Shown here one piece after another: positions 46,383 to 56,519 of a stretch of 64,000 nucleotides of DNA. The position numbers were made by a program, and so were the translations under genes. A model generated the notes under the pieces. It did no database searches and was not told the DNA's origin. It saw nothing but the letters and a program-made list of their open reading frames with translations. Position 1 is the stretch's first letter. Every line of letters begins with the position of its first letter. This DNA comes from an uncultured bacterium (GTDB taxonomy: Bacteria > Babelota > Babeliae > Babelales > Vermiphilaceae), in contig OY969699.1 of assembly GCA_963702025.1 (NCBI GenBank), positions 832,001 to 896,000 on the forward strand. Reading direction: 5' to 3'.

Positions 46383-48875
46383 ATGCGTTGGATAAAAGAA
46401 CATTTACGTTATTTTTTAATTATCAGTTTCTTTCCCATAACTGCGATGGAAAAACCACCGGAAGAAAAAAAGGAAAAAAAGAATTCCTTAGCTTATTATA
46501 CGCAACTTCTTCCTGCACATTTTCTTTTTTCTTTGTGGCCATATATGGCTACGCCTGCACCTAATACCATTACAAAAACTGAGGATACGGTTCTGCATGC
46601 GCGTGATAATCGCGCAGACTATTTGCTGGAACAAAAAAAGACAATCAATGCTTTTAAAAAATATATACAAGAAGTTCACACGAGCGCAGATCTTCCCTAT
46701 CCACAGATTATTAATTCTCAAATCGACTATATGAAAAATCATCCTCACGAGGAGCAATATATAAAAGTGCCTAATTCATTGAGTATCGCAACGGTAGTTG
46801 ATTCAGAAGATTGCTATGAATCATTAATCACTAATCTTCAAAACAATATAGAGCAATTTAAAGAATTACCAATTACCCAAAAAGAGTCCACTATGTTACA
46901 TCTCTTTAAATGTTATATGCACAGCAACGTAATCAAACAGTTAGAAAGCCGATTGCGCAGCACAGCATCACAGGCAACTCTTTCTACCTTAATAAAGGAG
47001 ATGCTTGCACAGATGCATGTTACCATATGCGATCCTGAATCGCGGTTTTCTTTGTTGCGGTATGCGGTTATGGCCCAAGATGCTGAAATGGTTGATTTTT
47101 TAATCTTAAAGGGCGTGGATCCCAATCTTTCTGATCGCCTGGGAGTTACACCTTTAATGGTAGCGGTACAAAGTGAAAATCAAGGTATTGTACAATCGTT
47201 GCTCAATCTTAACAATATTATTGTCAATGCGCTGGATATCTACGGCTATACCGCTCTTATGTATGCGGCTAAAAACGGAAATAAAGAAATAGTAAAATTG
47301 CTTTTAAAACGAGGAGCAAATGCATGCAGGGGGGATGAAGAAAACTACAAGAATGCGTTTGTTGCTGCGGTTAAAGGTGGTTCGCGAACTATTTTAAGAG
47401 CACTTCTCAAGAAGCGTCTAGTCGGTAACAATCAAACGGCTGCAATGCATTTGGATTTTGCACTTAATAAAGCGGCACGATTGGGTAGAGAAAAAATGGT
47501 AAAAGATATTCTGAGAGCAAAATATAAATCTATTTTTAATGAAACGCAGACGAGTCTCAATCCAGATTTGTTGTTAAAGAACCGGAGTGCTCTTGCCCAC
47601 GCAATTATGAATGGACATACTGCCATTGCACAGAGGTTTATTAAATATAGTCGTGAGCGTTGTTTTTTTGGGCATCCAGCGCTTGCCGCTGCACGCAGCC
47701 TTGCTCTTTGTTGTGCCGTTCATCAGAAAATTAAATGTGACCAGCATAATAAAGAGAGCGTGCCTTATAGCAAAATCATTGACGAGTTAATAAAGGACGA
47801 GACCGACCCATTGTTGAATGCAGAATCGTATTCAGCCTGCTTGGCAGCTGCTGCCGATAATGATTTGCCTCTTTTTACCAAATTATTACAGGTGGCAGAT
47901 AAACAAAAAACAATACTGCGCGAAAAAAAAATCAAGGCTGTTGATCAAGTATTGCTTGAAGCCTCTATATTAGGCAACGAAAATGCAGTGCGTTTGGCTC
48001 TTATATCGGGAGCCAATGCAAATGTTTGTGAGGAAGAAACCGGTCGCACTCCTTTGATGAAATTAGCCGTAATGCTTGATCCCAATAATCTTACCATTTT
48101 AGATGATTTATTAATTGAAGCTGATCTTAATTGGAAAGATAATAATCACGATACGGTACTTCATCGCTTATTAAATAATAAAAATGTTGTGGCACAGGAA
48201 ATAATGTTAAAAAAGTTACTCGATGGGGGTGCGCGGCAAAGTCTTACGCAAAAAAACAAGCAAGGGAGAACACCCTTATTGGCGGCGGTAGCAAAACGTC
48301 ATGCCACAACGAGCGCATTTATTAAAACACTCTTAGAGTATGGGGCTGATCCTAATGTTGCTTCATTAGATCAAGGCAATACACCATTAATGTATGCTGT
48401 TGAAAATGGCGACTATGACATTGCGGGTATGTTGCTTGATTATGGAGCCCGGCCTAATGACGAGAATAATTCCGGGTGTGGGGCATTATCTAAAGCAGCA
48501 TTGGTTGGTGATATAAAATTAATCAATCTACTCCTGGAAAATAAAGGATCCGGGGGGCGAGCAGATTTTTACAAATTTAAAAATTCAATGTTACGGGAAG
48601 CATCTAAGGGAAATCATTGCGATTTGATCCAGACGCTCATTGATATGGGTGCCCAACTTGGTGGCAAGTCATCTTCCCACGGTAATTCTCCGCTTCATAA
48701 AGCTGCGCAAAAGCAAAATTCTGACGCAGTCAAATTATTGCTCGAAAATAAGGCGAACAACAATGCGGTAAATTTTATGTGGCAGACGCCGCTGGAAATT
48801 GCGGTGACCAATCGTGATAAAAAATCGGCAAAACTTATGATGAATGGTTCGATACGCTCGCGGAGCCTGTCCTGA
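46383..48875 (+). CDS. large secreted ankyrin-repeat protein
   Basis: Signal peptide followed by MEK; many ankyrin units (GVTPLMVA, GYTALMYAA, GRTPLM, GNTPLMYA, GNSPLHKAA). Confidence 0.9.
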   Translation: MRWIKEHLRYFLIISFFPITAMEKPPEEKKEKKNSLAYYTQLLPAHFLFSLWPYMATPAPNTITKTEDTVLHARDNRADYLLEQKKTINAFKKYIQEVHTSADLPYPQIINSQIDYMKNHPHEEQYIKVPNSLSIATVVDSEDCYESLITNLQNNIEQFKELPITQKESTMLHLFKCYMHSNVIKQLESRLRSTASQATLSTLIKEMLAQMHVTICDPESRFSLLRYAVMAQDAEMVDFLILKGVDPNLSDRLGVTPLMVAVQSENQGIVQSLLNLNNIIVNALDIYGYTALMYAAKNGNKEIVKLLLKRGANACRGDEENYKNAFVAAVKGGSRTILRALLKKRLVGNNQTAAMHLDFALNKAARLGREKMVKDILRAKYKSIFNETQTSLNPDLLLKNRSALAHAIMNGHTAIAQRFIKYSRERCFFGHPALAAARSLALCCAVHQKIKCDQHNKESVPYSKIIDELIKDETDPLLNAESYSACLAAAADNDLPLFTKLLQVADKQKTILREKKIKAVDQVLLEASILGNENAVRLALISGANANVCEEETGRTPLMKLAVMLDPNNLTILDDLLIEADLNWKDNNHDTVLHRLLNNKNVVAQEIMLKKLLDGGARQSLTQKNKQGRTPLLAAVAKRHATTSAFIKTLLEYGADPNVASLDQGNTPLMYAVENGDYDIAGMLLDYGARPNDENNSGCGALSKAALVGDIKLINLLLENKGSGGRADFYKFKNSMLREASKGNHCDLIQTLIDMGAQLGGKSSSHGNSPLHKAAQKQNSDAVKLLLENKANNNAVNFMWQTPLEIAVTNRDKKSAKLMMNGSIRSRSLS

Positions 48876-48909
48876 GCAAAGTCGAAGGGCTCGCACTCAC
48901 CATGAGCGG
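48844..48909. repeat. nested REP-like element overlapping the ankyrin stop codon
   Basis: atggttcgatacgctcgc[ggagcctgtcctgagcaaagtcgaagg]gctcgcactcaccatgagcgg. Confidence 0.8.
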
Positions 48910-48922
48910 CTCTAACAAACTC

Positions 48923-50647
48923 TTAACCCGCCACGTCGACCATTTTTTTGTATTCACGCAAGAAACTTGCCGCAACATTAGTAGGAACCCTCGAGGTGGC
49001 AGCATGCTCAACAAGAATAACAATCGTTAACGGTTTATGATCTTTATAAGAGAAGTATCCTACAAACCAGCCGTGTTCCAAAAATTCTCTTCCTAGATCA
49101 TGTTTGTCGAGGCTGCTTGTTTGCGCAGTACTTGTTTTAGCATAAATTTTAATATCTTTAATTTGTTTCACCCGTTGTCCCGTTCCTTGGTTAACCACTC
49201 TATACATAGATTGTTGCAGGAATTTACGTGTTTCAGCGCTTATGCCTACCGGTTGCTTGATTACTTCTTCTTCCATTAAGACACGGGGAGTAACCAGAAA
49301 GCCGGTAAATATGGAAGAGATCATGCGCGCAATTTGTATCGGGGTAACCAGTAGATAGCTCTGACCGATGGCAACAGACAATGTCTCGCCCGGCCACCAT
49401 TTTTCATGTTTAACTCTTTTTTTCCATGCCGAGCTTGGAATCAAACCTTCTTTTTCGGCAAAAATAATATCCGTTTTATGTCCCAGACCAAACCGATGGG
49501 CATAATCGGTAAAAAGATCTATACTAATTTTTTTTGCCGTCTCATAAAACATAATATTACATGAATGTGCCAATGACTGCTCGACATTCAGTAAACCATG
49601 ACCGTTTCTATTGTTACACCAGTATTGTCGTCCACTAAATTCAGAAAATCCGCGACAATTCCAACAGCTCTCTTGCTGAATAATATTTGTTTCCAGCATT
49701 GCGCTGACAGTTACTAACTTAAAAATTGAGCCCGGGGGGTAACAGGCATTAAAGGCACGATTGAGGAATGGTTGTTTTTCTTGTAAGGTGCGCCAATCAT
49801 CATCTTGAATAGGCTCAAGAAAGAGTGCCGGATCAAAGTTTGGCCGAGAAAGAAGCGCTACAATATCGCCATCCTGTGGGTCCATAATAATAAATGTGCC
49901 GGTGAACTCTTCAGGAAACACTTTTTCCACAATCGTTTGCAATGAGATATCCAGCGTTGTAGTGATATTTTGCCCGGGCAGGGCCTTTTTAACCTCAGTT
50001 TCGGACAAATTTCTGCCGATCGAGTTTATGGTCTTAACTTTTTGTCCATTTTCCCCTTTTAAAGTTGATTCGCACATTTTTTCAAGTCCCATTTTTCCAT
50101 ACATCTCCATGTCCATGCGGCTCAGATAACCAAGTAGATGGCTTGCGAATGATTTAAAGGGATAATATCGTTTAAAATGGGTGCTAATAATAATATTTTT
50201 CTGATCGGCAAGGCGCTCAACTATTTGGCTTAGCTGTTCAAAAGGAATATCTTCAGCAAGTAGTAACTTTTGGTAGCGTCGTTCCGCATGCCGTAGTTGA
50301 TCAAAAAATTCTTGGTTATTCTGCAATGGTTTACCAATGATGGTTTCTATCAATGATACGGTTTGCAATTGAGTTTGCGTAAATTTTACGCTGCCAGTTC
50401 CTTGCCAGTAAATATTGGTGGTGGGGCGGTTGGTGGCAATGAGTTGATTATTGCGATCAAGAATATTGCCGCGTAATGGTGCGATAGTTTCAACGCGCAA
50501 AAAGTTTTTTTGGCTCTTTGCATAAAGATCTGATCGCAACATGATCTGTAATTGAAAAAGCCTGCCTACAATTATGAGTAAGCCCACAACAAGTGCCCAA
50601 CAAGCGGTCCTTATTTTTGGTACAAGAATAGTGGGTTGATAAATCAT
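48923..50647 (-). CDS. mrdA: penicillin-binding protein 2
   Basis: RGNILDRN, RYYP, GKMGLE, YPPGSIFK (SxxK), SCN, IGQ, KTSTAQ, HGWF. Confidence 0.88.
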   Translation of the reverse strand: MIYQPTILVPKIRTACWALVVGLLIIVGRLFQLQIMLRSDLYAKSQKNFLRVETIAPLRGNILDRNNQLIATNRPTTNIYWQGTGSVKFTQTQLQTVSLIETIIGKPLQNNQEFFDQLRHAERRYQKLLLAEDIPFEQLSQIVERLADQKNIIISTHFKRYYPFKSFASHLLGYLSRMDMEMYGKMGLEKMCESTLKGENGQKVKTINSIGRNLSETEVKKALPGQNITTTLDISLQTIVEKVFPEEFTGTFIIMDPQDGDIVALLSRPNFDPALFLEPIQDDDWRTLQEKQPFLNRAFNACYPPGSIFKLVTVSAMLETNIIQQESCWNCRGFSEFSGRQYWCNNRNGHGLLNVEQSLAHSCNIMFYETAKKISIDLFTDYAHRFGLGHKTDIIFAEKEGLIPSSAWKKRVKHEKWWPGETLSVAIGQSYLLVTPIQIARMISSIFTGFLVTPRVLMEEEVIKQPVGISAETRKFLQQSMYRVVNQGTGQRVKQIKDIKIYAKTSTAQTSSLDKHDLGREFLEHGWFVGYFSYKDHKPLTIVILVEHAATSRVPTNVAASFLREYKKMVDVAG

Positions 50648-51567
50648 ACGGTTCTTTTATTTTTTAATTGGCTGTGTATCGGATGAATAGTGTCACAGAG
50701 TTTAGATAAATCCTCAAGATTTACATGAGTATATTTTTCCGTGCTGGCTAACGTTTTATGGCCTAAGAGTTCTTGAATGGTGCGCAGATCCACACCTTGA
50801 TTGAGCAAATGGGTGGCAAATGAATGGCGTATTTTATGGGGGGTGATGCGGCGTTCGAATTTTAAAAATGAGCGAAACATTTCAAAAATGCGTTGAACGC
50901 TTCTCACGGTGAGTGCCTCATCACGGTTATTTAAGAAGAGATGTTCGGCGGGTGATCCCGGTTTTTGCCGTTCCTTTTCAAGATATTGCGTCAGTTTTGC
51001 TTGCGCCTTTTGCCCAAACAACACAATCCGTTCTTTCCTTCCTTTGCCCCGAATGCGGATTGTTTTATTCAGTAAATCGAGGTCTTTAAATTGAATGCCC
51101 ACCAATTCCGAGCAGCGGATGCCCGTAGCATAGAGCAGCTCAAAAATTGCTTTATCACGTAACGGCTTTTTAGTTGGCATTTTGTCATCAGCGATAGTGT
51201 CTAATAGAAAAAATATTTCATCGACACTTAAATACACCGGTAGTTTTTTATCAAGTCGCGGACGTTGTAATTTAAGTTTGAGTATGATCCCTTGTGATTG
51301 CAAAAATTTTTCAAATGTTTTAAAACAAGAAAATTTGCGCGCAATGGTCGCCTTATCAATTTTTTTATGAAACAGATTTACCAGATAACGCTCGATAATC
51401 TGGCGTGGCGCTAAATGATCTTTATCTTGTTGCGGTAATGAATCCCAGAATAAAAAAAATTGTTTTAAATCGCTTTCATAAGCGCGAAGCGTATGATCGG
51501 AAAGATTTTTTTCCACTTTGAGAAACGCGATAAAATCTTTTTTATAATTTTGCAATTGCTGGTACAT
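50644..51567 (-). CDS. xerC: tyrosine recombinase XerC/XerD
   Basis: RDKAIFELLYATGIRCSEL, GKGRKER, PHKIRHSFATHLL, LLGH, TEKYTH. Confidence 0.85.
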   Translation of the reverse strand: MYQQLQNYKKDFIAFLKVEKNLSDHTLRAYESDLKQFFLFWDSLPQQDKDHLAPRQIIERYLVNLFHKKIDKATIARKFSCFKTFEKFLQSQGIILKLKLQRPRLDKKLPVYLSVDEIFFLLDTIADDKMPTKKPLRDKAIFELLYATGIRCSELVGIQFKDLDLLNKTIRIRGKGRKERIVLFGQKAQAKLTQYLEKERQKPGSPAEHLFLNNRDEALTVRSVQRIFEMFRSFLKFERRITPHKIRHSFATHLLNQGVDLRTIQELLGHKTLASTEKYTHVNLEDLSKLCDTIHPIHSQLKNKRTV

Positions 51568-51935
51568 TAACATGCAATACACTCAATTTCAATCAATGCA
51601 TTTTTGGGCAATCGTGATACGGCAATGCAACTGCGTGCGGGCCGGTGATCAGCAAAATAGTCGCCATAAATTATATTTACCGTATTAAAATCATCCATAT
51701 TAGTTAAAAAAATTGTAGTTTTCACAACATTTTTTAATGTTTTATTATCAACGGCAAGTATAGCTTGGATATTTTTAAAAATTTGATGTGTTTGTGCATC
51801 AACGGTTTGGGCAAGAATCATTGATGCGGGCTCAAGTCCAAGTTGTCCACTTAAAAAGATGAAGCCGTTGATGCCAATTGCTTGGCTGTAGGGGCCGATT
51901 GCAGCCGGCGCTTGTGCCGATTGTATAATTTTCAT
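51567..51935 (-). CDS. ridA: RidA/YjgF family enamine deaminase
   Basis: APAAIGPYSQA, SGQ, VVKTTIFL, PARSC, LP..IEIE. Confidence 0.92.
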   Translation of the reverse strand: MKIIQSAQAPAAIGPYSQAIGINGFIFLSGQLGLEPASMILAQTVDAQTHQIFKNIQAILAVDNKTLKNVVKTTIFLTNMDDFNTVNIIYGDYFADHRPARSCIAVSRLPKNALIEIECIAC

Positions 51936-52150
51936 AATTCTCTTTCATGGTATGAATTACAAAAGATCATACAAAAAAGATATGCGAATCGTCTAGCTAA
52001 AGCTGAGAATTCAATAGACTTCTTCTTCAAATGCCTTTTCTTGCGGGAGCGCTTTGGTTGCGTGCAGGCCAATGACCACCCAAAATAATCAACATAAATC
52101 ACATTGGCTAGCATAGAATTATCCATGTTTGTGAGAAAGATGGTAATGCG

Positions 52151-53668
52151 TTATCTATTTTTTAAGAATTCAAAGAGCCGCTCTACTTTTGTTTTTTCAC
52201 CTTCTTGCTTTTTTTCTTTAGAAAGCCAATCTTTAATGATCTCTTCAACAATTTGGTTTAGTTCTTGTTTATATTTCGTTTCAGAGGCGAGAGCTTTTTC
52301 AGGATTTATATGCGGTGTTTTATAAGTAATAATCTTTACTATTTCGGGGTCCATGAGCATTGAATATTTTAAATAGATTCGTGCCTGAACTTCATCCATA
52401 ATAGTCAAGGGAATTTGGCCAGGGTTATCTTTTAAAATACTAAGATATTTTCGAGCGCTTGGCCTGCCAAGGTGAGAGTCATATATTGCTTGTTCTAAAT
52501 GAATTCGCTTTTTGTTGATCGTCTCCTTCAGCTTTTTCGATAAATCTTGGTAATCTATAATGGAAGGATTATTAATATAGAGTTCTTGTAATTCATCATC
52601 TTCACGAGAGTTTGGATTTATGTCGTCGTGAAAAGAAAAAAAACTGCCACATGGTTCAGCTAGATAGACAAGGTTATCTACAACGGAGGGATGAATAAAA
52701 ATTTGACAAAGCACTCCCAGTTTTGTTTCATTTTCTTTTTCAGAGTAAACATGTTTATAACTAATTTCTGATATATAATCAGTATGAATTTTGATTAGTG
52801 CCTTAATAAATTTTGTATTAAAATCAAAATATTTAAAAAATTTTTCTAATTCCAATTCTAGGGAGGTATCCCTTCGGCTGTTTGCGGTAACAAAATAATA
52901 CCAAGAGTTTTCATGTCTTCGTTCTATGTTTCCAAATAATGAAAGATTTGCGGATAATAAATTGGTACGCACTGATGTTAAATGATCAAAGGCTTGTCGG
53001 GCTCCGGCAGATTGGCAGAGAGTCATAGCATCTTGTACCGTCTTTGCTGAGGGATTATGCTTCATCGAAGATTCATAAAGATCATCTTTTTGAAGATCGC
53101 TTTTTAAATATGCATCAATCGTTTCATATTCTTGAGTATTGTTTGAAAATAACCGCAAAAATTTAGTCTGTTCATTGGGTTTCTCTAATTTCATCCATCC
53201 ATACAATGTATGCATAATATCATGAATTAGTGTGAGTGCGCCTTTTTGGCCATGATAAAAAACATTATAATTCCAATTTTTTTTTTCTGTATCTAAAATT
53301 TGTTTCGCAAGAGTTTTATATTGAGATTCCCTAGATTTTATAGTTGCTATATATTTAGGAGTTGATAAAGCGCCGATTATTCCTGAAATTGCTAAGTTTA
53401 CATATTCTTCAGTAGTTTTTCCCGGACCAAAATAAGTCTCTAAATGAGCTAATGATTGCGTATTAATATCTGCTGGCATGAGTTGCGGTATAATTTGTTC
53501 TTTTTTAGCAAAACGAGATTTCAATTCTTTAAGTAACGCAATTCGTTGTTTAACCTGCGTCCATAATTCTTCTGCTGTTCGCGGTTGTATTTGTCTAGGC
53601 AACGGTTTTTCCATAGCAATTATTGGCATGACTATCAATACGATACTGATTGCAAATCTTAAATTCAT
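52151..53668 (-). CDS. secreted hypothetical protein (possible ADP-ribosyltransferase-like fold)
   Basis: Signal peptide followed by MEK; AGGAG RBS; VFYHG, LLSAN, LCQIFI, EVQARI. Confidence 0.65.
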   Translation of the reverse strand: MNLRFAISIVLIVMPIIAMEKPLPRQIQPRTAEELWTQVKQRIALLKELKSRFAKKEQIIPQLMPADINTQSLAHLETYFGPGKTTEEYVNLAISGIIGALSTPKYIATIKSRESQYKTLAKQILDTEKKNWNYNVFYHGQKGALTLIHDIMHTLYGWMKLEKPNEQTKFLRLFSNNTQEYETIDAYLKSDLQKDDLYESSMKHNPSAKTVQDAMTLCQSAGARQAFDHLTSVRTNLLSANLSLFGNIERRHENSWYYFVTANSRRDTSLELELEKFFKYFDFNTKFIKALIKIHTDYISEISYKHVYSEKENETKLGVLCQIFIHPSVVDNLVYLAEPCGSFFSFHDDINPNSREDDELQELYINNPSIIDYQDLSKKLKETINKKRIHLEQAIYDSHLGRPSARKYLSILKDNPGQIPLTIMDEVQARIYLKYSMLMDPEIVKIITYKTPHINPEKALASETKYKQELNQIVEEIIKDWLSKEKKQEGEKTKVERLFEFLKNR

Positions 53669-53685
53669 ATATCACTCACTCCTTC

Positions 53686-54513
53686 TTATGATCCTTCAGG
53701 ATACACATCTTCTTCAGATTCCACAAAAGCTTCTCTTTCAGGTAATGCATTAATTTCCTTGCTTAGCTCATTGATCTGTTCTTTAAGTTGTTCATTGCTA
53801 AAGTTCTTATTTTCTTCAAGCCACCAAAGTGCCTTTTTTCTATCTTTATAATATCGGCGAGAGATACGTGGCCACACCCGTGTTTCATAGACTTTAAAAA
53901 CACTTTTATCTTCTTCCGGCCAGTTCACATAAGCACTGCGATCTAATTTTTCATTTAATGCAACCTCAGCAATGCCCAAAAAGGTGCTGTACCGTTCATA
54001 AAAATCCATTAACTGATAAAAAAATTCGATATCATTATTCGAATAGCCAAAAAGTTTCCCCGATAAATACCAGTTGGTGCTAAAATCATTAGTTTGTATT
54101 CCGCGAAGATGGTCTTCGAGACTTGATTTTGCTTGCAGCAGGGCATTGCGTTCCCCATGAGGCCTATAGGCATACACGTTATTGCCTTTGCCGCCAAAAA
54201 AAGAATTATAGTCAGGTTCCAATACGCTGATGTTGCTCTCTTTAAATAATTTTTTTAATGCCGGATCTATGGTAGCCAGAGATTCTTTTGTCGTGTAAAC
54301 GTGATCCCTATAGCCGACCAGAAGGCAGGCAATTTCCGCATTGGGATCATAAGGTGGGGTAATTGTTTCTTTATTAAGACCCCTGCGGCAGTCTGGCGTA
54401 AGGTTATATTGTACCTTTAGGGCCTCAATTTCCGTGTCGGTCTGCGGAACTTCCATGCCAAGTAATGGCAGAAATAAAAATGCGGTTATTATACTTATTC
54501 TTATGGTTTTCAT
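53686..54513 (-). CDS. secreted hypothetical protein
   Basis: Signal peptide followed by MEV; GAGG RBS; GKLFGY..DIEFF motif. Confidence 0.68.
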   Translation of the reverse strand: MKTIRISIITAFLFLPLLGMEVPQTDTEIEALKVQYNLTPDCRRGLNKETITPPYDPNAEIACLLVGYRDHVYTTKESLATIDPALKKLFKESNISVLEPDYNSFFGGKGNNVYAYRPHGERNALLQAKSSLEDHLRGIQTNDFSTNWYLSGKLFGYSNNDIEFFYQLMDFYERYSTFLGIAEVALNEKLDRSAYVNWPEEDKSVFKVYETRVWPRISRRYYKDRKKALWWLEENKNFSNEQLKEQINELSKEINALPEREAFVESEEDVYPEGS

Positions 54514-54660
54514 ATGGTTACCTCTTTGTAATTATTTCATAATATAAGTGTACTAAATATAGTTTATTAAAATCAATGATATTTTCAGATAGAATGCGAA
54601 TTTGGATGTTTTTTGTGAAAAAAGGGCTTTATTATAAGGTTTTTTATTGGTAGGGAATAA

Positions 54661-54741
54661 TAGATCTCATGCGTAATAAGCAGGTGTAAAATTAAATTAT
54701 CAAAAATCCATTCGTGGTGTTGTCGATTGCGCATAAGGGTA
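54661..54741. mobile_element. internally deleted MITE subfamily B relic
   Basis: tagatctcatgcgtaat ... ccattcgtggtg ... attgcgcataagggta resembles the ends of 13029..13230. Confidence 0.5.
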
Positions 54742-54752
54742 TAATGTACCGA

Positions 54753-55280
54753 CTATATTTGATGTGAAATTTCGCGAAGAAATGTTCGGACTGCTTTATC
54801 TCTGCTTAATTTAGATTCCATTCTTTTGTTGTAATAGCGTCCTTTATAAATATTTTTTATTCCCGCATACGTTAAACCGGTCGAAATTAGAATAGCTGGG
54901 AGTTTTATACGCTCACAATATTTTTGATCCAATTTATATAACCCGTAACAGAGACCTGCTGATGCAGTTAGTTCTGTAATTCCCAGCAGTATTTTATCCG
55001 GCGCAAAAAGTTTTTCTGCTTTAGAACCATTATGCTCACGCTTAACTATTGATTGTTCAATAAGGTCTAAATATTGGCTATTGTTAGAAATAAGATTCGC
55101 CATAATTTTTTCATTTTCTTGAGTTGATTTATTTTTTTTGAGGATGAGGTCGTATAGTTTGTATCGCGAATAAAATTTATTAATGATAACTAAATCTTTA
55201 ATGCTTTCCAGCAGTGGCTTTCCTGCATGTGCCGAACTAAAAATAAATAAAAAAAGTGGCGTATATATAATCTTGTTCAT
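54753..55280 (-). CDS. hypothetical protein (signal peptide, 2 hydrophobic segments)
   Basis: AGGAG RBS; SAHA cleavage-like motif. Confidence 0.62.
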   Translation of the reverse strand: MNKIIYTPLFLFIFSSAHAGKPLLESIKDLVIINKFYSRYKLYDLILKKNKSTQENEKIMANLISNNSQYLDLIEQSIVKREHNGSKAEKLFAPDKILLGITELTASAGLCYGLYKLDQKYCERIKLPAILISTGLTYAGIKNIYKGRYYNKRMESKLSRDKAVRTFLREISHQI

Positions 55281-55346
55281 AAAACTCCTGTAACGTGATG
55301 CATCTTAAATTTTTAGATCCAATATAATTTATCAGTTTAATTTACA

Positions 55347-55375
55347 TTGACAAGCATCATGGAAATTGCGATATT
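55347..55375 (+). promoter_or_regulatory. sigma70-type promoter for the AAA-toxin locus
   Basis: TTGACA-N17-GATATT with TGn directly before the -10, 40 nt before ATG 55416. Confidence 0.5.
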
Positions 55376-55415
55376 GGCCAAAGTGTTTTTTAACATATCT
55401 AACCAGGTCGATACA

Positions 55416-56519
55416 ATGAACAAAAAATTTTATGCATCACTCATTATTACTGCTTGTTTTACACTTAATGGGATGGATAGCAAGATTGAAAAAGAAAAAC
55501 TTGAAACCAAGAATCTCCAAATTCTAGAGACTGAACCTATTTATCGCAATGAAAATAATGTCGACAATAACAATGCTGTTAGTAGTCAGATTATTGATCT
55601 TATTAAAACGTTAGATGGAAAAGAAAAAGATTTTCACATGCCTGATTTGCAATTGCTTCCTACGCAAGGAATAGCGCAATTATATGATTCATTTACCATA
55701 AAAGAATCACTCGATAGTTGTTCACAGGAGCTTTTGGAGACAATAAATGCTATGGCGCAAGGGAAAAAAGGCATAAACCCATTGACACGGGCACTCCTCA
55801 TTGGGCCTCCTGGTAGCGGAAAAAGTTCTTTAGCGCGCGTAATCGCATATAAATGTAAAAGAGAATATCTATTTTTAAAAGCCTCTTCATTGGGGAATGA
55901 ATACAGAAATTCTTCGGTAAAAATTATTGATAAAATATTCGATCCTTTATTGAAATCTAAAATATCTGTGGCGATAATATTGGATGAAATTAATTCGTTC
56001 ACTAAGCAGTTTGGTAACGAAAATGATACTGATCGTGGTGTTGAGCATCTCTGGACAAAGCTCGATGAATGTAATCAAAATCCAGAATTAATGATTATTG
56101 CTACGGCCAATTCAACGAAGCAAATACCATTTACGATTAAAGATAGGTTTTCCGGAAGCATATTTTATATACCGCTACCAGATGATAATGTTCGGGCACG
56201 ATTTTTTGTAAATTATTTTTCGGATTACGCAACATTTGAGCAAAGGCACTTGCAATCTTTAGTTGAACGCACAGACTCTTTCAGTTTCAGAGAGCTAGAG
56301 AAGCTATTCCTTGCAGCAAAAAATAAGGCGATTTTTAGAAAAAAGGATGATAATAAGTTAATAATAACCGAATATGACATTGAATATGTTCTTATGACAC
56401 TCTTAAGGGAGCATAAACAAAAATGTTCAGAAGAAAATGCCAAAAATTTTAATGAGAAATTGGAAAACATTTTAATAGATACTATCTTCCGCTTGTTAAT
56501 CTTGCCATATCCCATTTGA
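55416..56519 (+). CDS. AAA+ ATPase with N-terminal signal peptide
   Basis: MNKKFYASLIITACFTLNG-MD; Walker A GPPGSGKS, Walker B IILDE, sensor ATAN, Arg finger DRF, FSFREL. Confidence 0.85.
   Translation: MNKKFYASLIITACFTLNGMDSKIEKEKLETKNLQILETEPIYRNENNVDNNNAVSSQIIDLIKTLDGKEKDFHMPDLQLLPTQGIAQLYDSFTIKESLDSCSQELLETINAMAQGKKGINPLTRALLIGPPGSGKSSLARVIAYKCKREYLFLKASSLGNEYRNSSVKIIDKIFDPLLKSKISVAIILDEINSFTKQFGNENDTDRGVEHLWTKLDECNQNPELMIIATANSTKQIPFTIKDRFSGSIFYIPLPDDNVRARFFVNYFSDYATFEQRHLQSLVERTDSFSFRELEKLFLAAKNKAIFRKKDDNKLIITEYDIEYVLMTLLREHKQKCSEENAKNFNEKLENILIDTIFRLLILPYPI

Noticed and set aside
50644..51567. Prophage or island integrase
   Set aside because: It has typical chromosomal XerC/D features, is coupled to ridA and mrdA, and has no att repeats or phage genes nearby.
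51932..52126. 64-aa ORF upstream of ridA
   Set aside because: No RBS or recognisable motif; probably spurious or a fragment.
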